26,611 bases of DNA, taken from positions 1 through 26,611 of IMG/VR virus record IMGVR_UViG_3300035534_000170, one strand, 5' to 3'. The translations under genes were made by a program, and so were the position numbers. The notes below the pieces were generated by a model. That model was not told the DNA's origin, searched no databases, and saw nothing but the letters and a program-made list of their open reading frames with translations. The stretch comes from a virus (Duplodnaviria > Caudoviricetes). Positions 17,819-25,269 of this stretch are shown here, in pieces; positions within the stretch are counted from its first letter, which is position 1; every line of letters starts with the position of its first letter.

Positions 17819-18760
17819 ATGATTAATATGGATAATAAGAGATATTTAATTACAGGAGGAACAGGATTTATTGGATCTCATTTAGCAAACAAATTAGCTG
17901 ATTTAGGAAAAGATGTTTATGTAATTTCGCATTCAAAAAATAATTTATGGAGAATAGACAATAAAGATAAAATAAATATAAAGTTTGCTGATTTGAAAGA
18001 TCTTAATAGACTAAGGAAAGTTATATCAGAAATCAAACCCGATATTATATTTCATTTAGCTGCCTATGTCAATGCTTCTAGAGATTTTAATGGTATTGAT
18101 AAAGCTTTAGATACTAATTTTAATGGGACATTAAATTTATTGAAAGCATTAAATGAAATAGAATATGATTTATTTGTTAATACTGGAACTTGTGAAGAAT
18201 ATGGTACTGGAAAATCACCTTTTAATGAAAATCAAAAAGAACATCCAGTTTCTCCATATTCTTTATCAAAGACTTGTACAACTTATTTATGTGAGTTATT
18301 TTCTAAAATTTATGATAATCCCATTATGACAGTCAGACCTTTTTTAACCTATGGACCTAAACAAACTTCTAAAATGTTAATTCCAGAACTTATAAATAAT
18401 GGTTTAAATAAAACTGAAATGAAATTAACTCCAGGTGAGCAAACAAGAGATTTTATTTTTGTAGATGATTTAATAGAAGGTTATTTAACAATATTAAATA
18501 ATTATAAAAAATTTAATGAATATAAAATTTATAATATAGGAACAGGAAAACAAATTTTAATTAAAGATGTAGTTAATATTGTTAGTGATTTTATTCCTGA
18601 AAACGATTTTAAATTAGGAGCGAGGTCATATAGAAAAGGGGAGACAATGGAATTTTATTCAGATAATACTAGTCTTAAAGAATTGGGTTGGCAATCTAAA
18701 ATATCAATTGAAAAAGGATTAGAAATGACTATTAATTGGTGGAAAAATTATTTGAAATAA
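17819..18760 (+). CDS. NAD-dependent epimerase/dehydratase (extended SDR), resembling CDP-3,6-dideoxyhexose synthases; moron. Likely start ATG 17828
   Basis: TGGTGFIG, FHLAA, NTGTCEEYG, YSLSK (YxxxK), GEQTRDFIFVDD and YNIGTG motifs; very AT-rich, flanked by terminators. Confidence 0.88.
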   Translation: MINMDNKRYLITGGTGFIGSHLANKLADLGKDVYVISHSKNNLWRIDNKDKINIKFADLKDLNRLRKVISEIKPDIIFHLAAYVNASRDFNGIDKALDTNFNGTLNLLKALNEIEYDLFVNTGTCEEYGTGKSPFNENQKEHPVSPYSLSKTCTTYLCELFSKIYDNPIMTVRPFLTYGPKQTSKMLIPELINNGLNKTEMKLTPGEQTRDFIFVDDLIEGYLTILNNYKKFNEYKIYNIGTGKQILIKDVVNIVSDFIPENDFKLGARSYRKGETMEFYSDNTSLKELGWQSKISIEKGLEMTINWWKNYLK

Positions 18761-18882
18761 AAATTTTAATTATAGTTATTTACATTACATTTAATGATTA
18801 ATATTTTGTTATTAGAATATTTTTTATAAATTTCTCTATCTATAAAAAAGTGAAACTTTACATATTTTAATATTAATTATCT

Positions 18883-18915
18883 AACCTCTGGGGCGAAAGC
18901 TCTTGAGGTTTTTTT
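18883..18915 (+). terminator. Rho-independent terminator after the epimerase moron
   Basis: AACCTCTGGGGC-GAAA-GCTCTTGAGGTT hairpin running into a T-tract. Confidence 0.85.
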
Positions 18916-18995
18916 GTAATTATGCAGGAATTTACTATATTTCCTCTAAATAATGTAAATATAGTCATAATATTTTAAAAAGGGGGAAATTGTGA

Positions 18996-19931
18996 ATGTC
19001 ATCAGTTCTTTATTTTGCTAAGATAAATGTTGCTTCACATGTTCAACAAATGTATAAATCTGGTCATGAAAAAAGAGAGGAGATTTTAAACTTAATTATC
19101 AAAAACATTAATAATGAATTAGAATGTGATAGAGAAGCAAAATATAGTGTTGAAGGAGAAGAGGAAACTTATAATGCTAATTATAAATTTAAATACATAC
19201 AAAAAGATGGTAAAGTTGTAATAGGAAATGTTATAAAAAACGCTCCTGTTAAAGTTAGAAAGTTAGATGAAAGAACTGGAAATATATATGTAAATGCTGA
19301 AGAAAACTTTGAATTAATACAATTTTATTATGACGTTTCAAAGGAAATAGTAACATTTTATAGGACCCAAAGATTTGGGTATAAGGAATTTGTAACTGCC
19401 TTTGAAATGCTATTAAATAAAGCTATGGAAAATGAAGAAGATGACTATGAAATTGAGGTTGAACTTTTAAGAGAAGGCCTAAATATAGATAAAATTAAAG
19501 AAGAACTAAAGAAATTAGGTAAAATAAAGGATTTAAAAATTACAATTAATCCTCCAAATCCAAATGAAGAACAATTAGATTCAGCACTAAAAAGAGGTGA
19601 AGAAGAACTAGAAGAATTTAAAAAAGCAAATATCACAAGTTCAAGCGTTTTATTTGAAACAAAAGATAAAGATGGAATAAATATTGATTCACCTATGGTA
19701 GAAAAAGAAATAGAAAGAACTAATTATATCCATTCCAAAATGAAAAGTGAAGAAGCTACATCAAAAGGTGATGCTAAAATTGAAGCTAGTAATATAAATG
19801 GCCGGTCATTTTCTACTGAAAAAAGTGATCCTATAAAAGATAGTATAACTGCCAGTCAAAAAGATGATTTTGGAGAATTTATAGAAGTTTGTCAAAAAAA
19901 GATTGCATCAGTAATTAGTTCATTTTTATAA
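18996..19931 (+). CDS. Soluble protein, DUF4747-like; putative defence sensor
   Basis: 311 aa, no TM; FYYDVSKEIVTF and IKDLKITINPPNP patterns recall DUF4747 proteins (from memory, not searched); first gene of a two-gene moron. Confidence 0.5.
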   Translation: MSSVLYFAKINVASHVQQMYKSGHEKREEILNLIIKNINNELECDREAKYSVEGEEETYNANYKFKYIQKDGKVVIGNVIKNAPVKVRKLDERTGNIYVNAEENFELIQFYYDVSKEIVTFYRTQRFGYKEFVTAFEMLLNKAMENEEDDYEIEVELLREGLNIDKIKEELKKLGKIKDLKITINPPNPNEEQLDSALKRGEEELEEFKKANITSSSVLFETKDKDGINIDSPMVEKEIERTNYIHSKMKSEEATSKGDAKIEASNINGRSFSTEKSDPIKDSITASQKDDFGEFIEVCQKKIASVISSFL

Positions 19932-19947
19932 GAAAGGAGCCATACCT

Positions 19948-20703
19948 TTGGGAGTATTTAAAAAGATATCTAATTATAATAAGTGGAAAGATCTATATAA
20001 AATAAAATCATTAGAAGTATATGGTTCTTTAATTTTAACCATTATTTTAATATTTTTATTTAGACACATCAATTTTTTTCAATGTTTTATATTGTATGAA
20101 ACTCCAGTAAAAAATATTTCTTTAAGCATTGGATCAGCATTACTGGGGATGCTAAGTATAATTTTGGCTGGAATTGCAATTATTATAGGAATGTTAAATA
20201 AAGATATTAATAATAAAATAAAAGAATTAAATGAAAAAGATATTATGGGAGAGGTTCTGGCCAGCTTTGTTTTTATAGCTTTTTTAATAGCCATTGAATT
20301 AACAGTTTTTTATTTAATATATTTACTTTTATATAGCCAAATAACTATTGGCTCAGAATATTTATTTTATATTATTGTAGCTGCAGTAATATATTTGTTT
20401 TTCTTTATAATTTTTTATATAATCGGTTTAATAAATAACTGCATTAAAATATATTCAATCATTGAAACTTATGAAGAAATAATTAATAGTGAAAAAAATA
20501 TATTTACATCTGCAAATGAACTAAGAATAGAATTTATTTTGCATCTATTGCTAAATGAAGATTATAAAAATGAATTTTTAAATAAGCTTTCTGGATCTGA
20601 AGATCAAAGAACTATTTTCTTGCAGGAGTTGATAAATTATACTAGAAATAGTAAAATAGAAAATAAGGAAGAAATAATAGATTATTTCATAAAATTTTAT
20701 TGA
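19948..20703 (+). CDS. 4-TM membrane protein with soluble C-terminal domain; putative defence effector
   Basis: TTG start with RBS AAAGGAG; four hydrophobic segments; 16 nt downstream of its partner. Confidence 0.65.
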   Translation: MGVFKKISNYNKWKDLYKIKSLEVYGSLILTIILIFLFRHINFFQCFILYETPVKNISLSIGSALLGMLSIILAGIAIIIGMLNKDINNKIKELNEKDIMGEVLASFVFIAFLIAIELTVFYLIYLLLYSQITIGSEYLFYIIVAAVIYLFFFIIFYIIGLINNCIKIYSIIETYEEIINSEKNIFTSANELRIEFILHLLLNEDYKNEFLNKLSGSEDQRTIFLQELINYTRNSKIENKEEIIDYFIKFY

Positions 20704-20741
20704 TATTATTTTTATAGATAATAATACTAAATCAGAGCAAT

Positions 20742-20769
20742 AAAAAAGCCCTGATAAATCAAGGCTTTT
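20742..20769. terminator. Bidirectional terminator between the convergent moron and integrase
   Basis: AAAAAAGCC(C)TGAT-AA-ATCA(A)GGCTTTT: hairpin with an A-tract on the left and a T-tract on the right. Confidence 0.8.
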
Positions 20770-22311
20770 CTAACGTCTGTAATCTTTTATATTAATTGTG
20801 GATTCAAAACGGTACGCCCCACCTCCACCATCAACATCCACAATATAATCTATACTTATATTGTTTTCATATACGGTGACTTTTTTAACGAAAGTTCTGA
20901 CGATCCTTCGCTGATCTTCAAGACTTTCGTTTTTTATATTTCTATACTTCATTAATGTTTCTACTATTTTTTCTTTAGAAGGAGAATTGTTTTCAGCCTG
21001 AAATCTAGCTTCTTCAAGATACATTTCATAGTCTGCTTTTTCATTTTCTAGAGAGTCCAATTTTTCTTTCATTGAAGGTTGATATAACCCCTCTGCAACT
21101 GCTTCTGTAATATTATCAATTTTTTTCTGGACTTCTTTTAAATGTTTTTCAAATCTTTCAATATCAGAATTTATTTCTTTATTTTGTTCTTTAGCATATC
21201 TATAAACTTTTGAAGATATCTTTTCTATAGCTTTTGGAGAAAAAATTTCTTCGATCATATTATCAATAACTGTTTTTTCGACAAAATCTTTACTAATAGA
21301 AGGCATATCACAATCTCTTTTTCTTTTTCTGGTAGAGCATTCATAAGAAGTATAGATAGTTTTATTTCTGCCGGCGACTCTTCTATTTCCGACCATAGCT
21401 CCTTCACACTTTCCACATCGGATTAAACCGGTCAATAAATAAACTTCTTTAGCTTTATTATTGACACTTTTTTTATTACCTTTCATCCTTTTTTGAACCC
21501 TCCTCCATGTTTGATCATCAATAATTCTAGGCATACCGCCTTCAACTCTTATGATTTTCTTTTCATCTTTAGATTTATGATGATTTCTCTTTCCAGCTTT
21601 TTTACTTACAGTTCTATTAAAGATATACACTCCTCTATATTTCTCATTTACCAAAATATCATGTAAGCTCGGTCTGCTAAAATTGCCACCTGTTTGAGTT
21701 TTAAAACCTTTCTTTTTTAATTCATCAATGATTTCCGAATAACCATGGCCATTAGCATACATTTCAAAAATCAGCTTTACACTTTTGGCTTGTTCTTCAT
21801 TTATAATATAAGTCTTATCCTCAGCAACATCAAACCCCAAAGGCGCTAGACCTCCATTGTGCTTGCAATTTAAAGCATTTTCCTTCATTCCTTTTTTCAC
21901 TTCTCGCCGTAAGTTAGCAGAATAATATTCATTATATCCTTCCAGTACCGATTCCAGTATGATCGATTCAGGACTCCCATCTAAATTTTCTAATGCAGAT
22001 ACAACCTCAACTCCATTTTCTCTTAATTTGCGCTTGTATACAGCTGAATCATATCTATTTCTGGCAAAACGATCTAACTTATGAACAATCACAAAATCAA
22101 ATAGATCTTTCTTGCTATCATTTATCATATCTAAAAATGCAGGTCGATCAGAAGTAGTAGCTGATTTTGCTCTATCGGTGTATATTTTATTAATTTTTAT
22201 ATTATTTCTTTCTGCATATTCCTTGATTGCTCTAATCTGAGCATCAATAGATTCTTCCCTTTGATTACTGGAGCTAAAACGTGCATAAATAGCTGCAGTT
22301 GTTTTGCTCAT
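20770..22311 (-). CDS. int: Large serine recombinase (phage integrase), 513 aa
   Basis: YARFSS catalytic motif, KLDRFARN, recombinase domain (GGLAPLGF, NEKYRG), Zn ribbon (CGKC...YEC...C) and coiled coil. Encoded on the minus strand (+ strand CTAACGTCTGTAATC at 20770 reads DYRR-stop in reverse complement). RBS GAAAGGGG precedes ATG at 22311. Confidence 0.95.
   Translation of the reverse strand: MSKTTAAIYARFSSSNQREESIDAQIRAIKEYAERNNIKINKIYTDRAKSATTSDRPAFLDMINDSKKDLFDFVIVHKLDRFARNRYDSAVYKRKLRENGVEVVSALENLDGSPESIILESVLEGYNEYYSANLRREVKKGMKENALNCKHNGGLAPLGFDVAEDKTYIINEEQAKSVKLIFEMYANGHGYSEIIDELKKKGFKTQTGGNFSRPSLHDILVNEKYRGVYIFNRTVSKKAGKRNHHKSKDEKKIIRVEGGMPRIIDDQTWRRVQKRMKGNKKSVNNKAKEVYLLTGLIRCGKCEGAMVGNRRVAGRNKTIYTSYECSTRKRKRDCDMPSISKDFVEKTVIDNMIEEIFSPKAIEKISSKVYRYAKEQNKEINSDIERFEKHLKEVQKKIDNITEAVAEGLYQPSMKEKLDSLENEKADYEMYLEEARFQAENNSPSKEKIVETLMKYRNIKNESLEDQRRIVRTFVKKVTVYENNISIDYIVDVDGGGGAYRFESTINIKDYRR
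20795..20844. other. Putative attP site inside the 3' end of the integrase gene
   Basis: 50-bp unit bounded by the perfect inverted repeat ATTGTGGAT (20795-20803) / ATCCACAAT (20836-20844). It contains CCCCACCTCCACCA (20817-20830), which resembles a tmRNA/tRNA-Ala 3' end. Confidence 0.7.
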
Positions 22312-22327
22312 ATTTTTATCCCCTTTC

Positions 22328-23356
22328 TCAAAATGGAACATCAAATTCGTCATCTGCAAATTCTTTTTCCAATTCATTTAAAGACTCATCTAAATCATTA
22401 TTTTCATTTGTCCAATGATCCAAATAATCATTTTCTAAAAAAGTAGTTGGGCTGCCGCATTGAGTGCAATGCCTGGCATTACTATCTAAAATAACATCAC
22501 AATTATTTTGGCATTCCTGATAAAGATAACTTCCACAAATTTTGCAATACTTATCTTCTTGTCCTATATCTTCATTATCACAATTAGGGCAGATATTAGC
22601 TCTGCCTTTATCATTTAATTCTATAAAATCATTATATTTCATTTTACCCTTCCCCCACTCAAAATTTTCATTACCACAAATAGGGCAATATTTAGCAGAC
22701 TCAGAAACAAATATATGTCCGCATGTTTTACATTTTTTCTTATTAATAAAATCGCTAAAATTGGATGCTATAATCTGATCTTTCTTATCTTTTATAAAGT
22801 TTTTCCATCTCAGATAATAACTAAATCTATTTTTAGAAGCTTCTGCAGATAATTTGCATATTTTCCGAACTTCTTTAGGAGAATTAACATTCAATTTATG
22901 TAAGACGACTGGAGGAGCTAATATCAAAGATGCAAAAAAATCGGCTTCTTTTTCTAGGGCTTCATATTGTTCTTCTTCTAATCCTCCTCTATAAATTTTG
23001 GTTTGCTTATATTCATGATGGCCCAAAACAATATGGCCTATTTCATGAGTTAGAGTCCACCTGATGCGACCTTTACTTCTAATATAATCATTATAAATTA
23101 TTTTAAATTCTTCAGTTTCAGCTGAATAAATTGAAGCTCCATCTTTAGTTTTAATCAATTTATTCAAAAGATAATACACTGAGAGATCTAGATCCGCAGC
23201 TACTTCACTTGCTTTTTCTATCATCCATCCATTATTTTTGGCTAATTCAAAAGGGTTTGTAGGCAGCTTATTTAACTTTTGAGATATCATAAAATTTTTA
23301 GCAATTGCTGCAGTTCTATTATAGTTAGGATTCTTTTTTATCTTCTTCAAATGCAT
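22328..23356 (-). CDS. immA: ImmA/IrrE-family Zn metallopeptidase (anti-repressor) with C-terminal zinc ribbons
   Basis: RIRWTLTHEIGH (HExxH) and EKEADFFAS motifs, six CxxC/CxxxC pairs; lies between repressor and integrase. Confidence 0.88.
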   Translation of the reverse strand: MHLKKIKKNPNYNRTAAIAKNFMISQKLNKLPTNPFELAKNNGWMIEKASEVAADLDLSVYYLLNKLIKTKDGASIYSAETEEFKIIYNDYIRSKGRIRWTLTHEIGHIVLGHHEYKQTKIYRGGLEEEQYEALEKEADFFASLILAPPVVLHKLNVNSPKEVRKICKLSAEASKNRFSYYLRWKNFIKDKKDQIIASNFSDFINKKKCKTCGHIFVSESAKYCPICGNENFEWGKGKMKYNDFIELNDKGRANICPNCDNEDIGQEDKYCKICGSYLYQECQNNCDVILDSNARHCTQCGSPTTFLENDYLDHWTNENNDLDESLNELEKEFADDEFDVPF

Positions 23357-23663
23357 TAGGAAATAACCTTTTTGCCAGACTTTTTAATTCTGCTGCCTCT
23401 TCTGAAGATAATTTATTTCCAGCTCGAGCTATTGCTCTAATATCTGGATTTTCTATTTCTTCTTTTTCTCTACCTAATAGATAATCAATTGATACATCAT
23501 AATAATTAGCTAGTTTTTCTAAAACCTCTTTACTGGGGTTTATTTTTTTGCCTTTTTCTAGATCAGAGATATAAACATCGCTTAAGCCAACTTTTTCCCC
23601 AACTTCTTTTAAAGTTTTATCTGAGTCTTTTCGAAGTTTTTTTAATCTTTTACCTAAAGACAT
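23325..23663 (-). CDS. XRE-family HTH repressor (CI/ImmR-like), no autoproteolytic domain
   Basis: LGKRLKKLRK...LEKG...PS...LANYYDVSIDYLLG; RBS AAGGGGGT; divergent from the cro-like gene. Confidence 0.92.
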   Translation of the reverse strand: MSLGKRLKKLRKDSDKTLKEVGEKVGLSDVYISDLEKGKKINPSKEVLEKLANYYDVSIDYLLGREKEEIENPDIRAIARAGNKLSSEEAAELKSLAKRLFPNAFEEDKKES

Positions 23664-23697
23664 AATCTCTACCCCCTTTAGAATATTTTATATATAC

Positions 23698-23726
23698 ATT
23701 ATAAGCTATTAGCTTACAATAATCAA
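23698..23726 (-). promoter_or_regulatory. Leftward sigma-A promoter for the repressor-immA-int operon
   Basis: Minus strand TTGATT-17 bp-TATAAT. Confidence 0.8.
23702..23716. promoter_or_regulatory. Perfect palindromic operator TAAGCTA-T-TAGCTTA
   Basis: Sits in the spacer of the leftward promoter; related copies at 23750-23762, 23833-23845 and 23864-23876. Confidence 0.75.
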
Positions 23727-23792
23727 GTATAAATAATGAAACAATTAACAAGCTCATAGATTGCATTAAATTAACTGACGGCTAATAAAGTT

Positions 23793-23812
23793 AGTATATA
23801 AGAGTATATAAG
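23793..23812. repeat. Tandem 10-bp direct repeat AGTATATAAG x2
   Basis: Exact tandem copies in the centre of the switch intergenic region. Confidence 0.7.
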
Positions 23813-23854
23813 AGATAATCATATCTGATAGCAATCTACTGGCTTATATTTAAT

Positions 23855-23883
23855 TTGAAAAACAAACTACTAGCTTATATAAT
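23855..23883 (+). promoter_or_regulatory. Rightward (early lytic) sigma-A promoter with operator in its spacer
   Basis: TTGAAA-17 bp-TATAAT; spacer holds AAACTACTAGCTT (1 mismatch to AAGCTANTAGCTT). Confidence 0.85.
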
Positions 23884-23914
23884 TAATTCAGAAATTAGCT
23901 AGGAGGTGATTCAA

Positions 23915-24112
23915 ATGGCATCTAAAATGAGAAAAGTCAGAAAAGAAAAAAATCTGAATTTATATGAAGCAGCAGAGATCTGTGGTGTTACTCCTCAGTA
24001 TTTGTCTGAGTTAGAAAGAGGAATTAAAGACAATCCCAGTGCAAAGATGTTAAGTAAAATTATTAAAGTATATGATGATGAATCGATTTTAGATGATTTT
24101 TTAAAGGATTAG
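23915..24112 (+). CDS. Cro-like XRE HTH regulator
   Basis: MRKVRKEKNL...AEICGVTPQYLSELERG...NPS; RBS AGGAGGTG. Confidence 0.9.
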   Translation: MASKMRKVRKEKNLNLYEAAEICGVTPQYLSELERGIKDNPSAKMLSKIIKVYDDESILDDFLKD

Positions 24113-24130
24113 AGACAGGAGGTAAACTTA

Positions 24131-24292
24131 ATGGCTTTAGCAATAAAAAGAGTTACTGTTGATAGAAAAACTGGCCAGGTTAAGAACAAAGAAATTATAG
24201 ATAATAATCCCGATATTAATGAAGATGAAGTTTATGCTCCTTTCTCTAAGATAATATACGAAAAAATAATGAGCCAGGAGGGGAATAATTAA
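24131..24292 (+). CDS. 53-aa hypothetical protein missing from the ORF track
   Basis: RBS AGGAGGT, ATG at 24131, MALAIKRVTVDRKTGQVKNKEII...EGNN; stop overlaps the next ATG (TAATG). Confidence 0.75.
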   Translation: MALAIKRVTVDRKTGQVKNKEIIDNNPDINEDEVYAPFSKIIYEKIMSQEGNN

Positions 24293-25269
24293 TGGATCAA
24301 TTGACAGAGAGTAAGTTTAATTATAGCCAACTCCAACCAGAGATGGCTAATTTTTTGAAAGAAAAAGAAAATAATATGCGAGAGACTGTATCTGACGCTT
24401 ATTATCAGCTCGGAAAAGAATTAAAAGAAGCTCAAGATAAATTGGCTGGAGACAATCAATATAATGGGATTTTTCAAAAATGGTATGAAAGTTTGGGGTT
24501 CAGTAAATCGACAGTTTATAGATATATGAATTATCATGAGTTGCTAGTTTCACAGTGGGACAAGCAGGAATTAATTGAATCTTTACCAAAAGGATTGGCT
24601 TATGAAATAGCAAAAAAATCAGCTGATCCTGAACTTAAGCAGCAGGTCCTGGATGGAGATATAACTTCTCATAAAGAATTCAAAAAACTTAAAAAAGAAA
24701 AAGAAAAGTTAGAAGAGGAAAAAGAACAACTGGAAGAAAGCAATCAATTTTTAGAAGAAATAAGAGATGCGCTTACAAAAGAGAGAGATGAAGAGCGGCA
24801 GAAAAAAATAAGTGTTTATGAAAAACTCAGGGAATTAAAAGAAAAAGATCCTGAAGTTGTTGAAAAAGAGGTTGTTCCTGAGGAAGTCAAAAAGAGGATT
24901 GAAGAACTTGAAGAAAGAGCTGGAGATTTAAAAAAACACAAATCAGATGTTAAGGATTACCAGGAGAAGAAAAATAAAATCAGTGATGAAATAAGTGATC
25001 TTCAAGATTATTTAAGAGAATTAAGGAATAAAAATAATCAAATTGCAAAAAAAGCAGAAGTAGTCCAGGGAATCTGCGGACCGATTAGAGAGTTCAAAAA
25101 AAGCAAAGGTGAAATCGAAACTCTTTTAAAGAAAAATGTTCAACTTGATCCTGATGACTTAAATACAATTGCTTTAAATGCTGATCTGTTAAATGAAATT
25201 TCAGAGGAATTATACAGTTTTATTGCTACACAAAAATCTAATGATGAAGGAGAGATTATTGATGTCTAA
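24292..25269 (+). CDS. DUF3102-like HTH protein with long coiled coil
   Basis: QLGKELKEAQ...GIFQKWYESLGFSKSTVYRYM pattern followed by K/E-rich heptads. Confidence 0.7.
   Translation: MDQLTESKFNYSQLQPEMANFLKEKENNMRETVSDAYYQLGKELKEAQDKLAGDNQYNGIFQKWYESLGFSKSTVYRYMNYHELLVSQWDKQELIESLPKGLAYEIAKKSADPELKQQVLDGDITSHKEFKKLKKEKEKLEEEKEQLEESNQFLEEIRDALTKERDEERQKKISVYEKLRELKEKDPEVVEKEVVPEEVKKRIEELEERAGDLKKHKSDVKDYQEKKNKISDEISDLQDYLRELRNKNNQIAKKAEVVQGICGPIREFKKSKGEIETLLKKNVQLDPDDLNTIALNADLLNEISEELYSFIATQKSNDEGEIIDV

Noticed and set aside
18761-18995. AT-rich intergenic region as ncRNA, CRISPR array or sigma-H promoter
   Set aside because: No regularly spaced repeats or structure beyond the terminator; the AGGAATTT motif lacks a convincing GAAT -10 element.
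20800-20830. Complete tRNA or tmRNA gene
   Set aside because: Only about 14 nt resemble an acceptor 3' end and no cloverleaf can be built, so it is treated as an att core.
20770-22377. ORF track lists the integrase as + strand, 535 aa
   Set aside because: The listed protein is encoded by the reverse complement (CTA at 20770-20772 is the TAG stop). The first 22 aa overlap immA, and the RBS supports a start at 22311.
23772-23834. Two additional operator-like 13-mers (23772-23784, 23822-23834)
   Set aside because: Five to six mismatches to the consensus; not distinguishable from chance.
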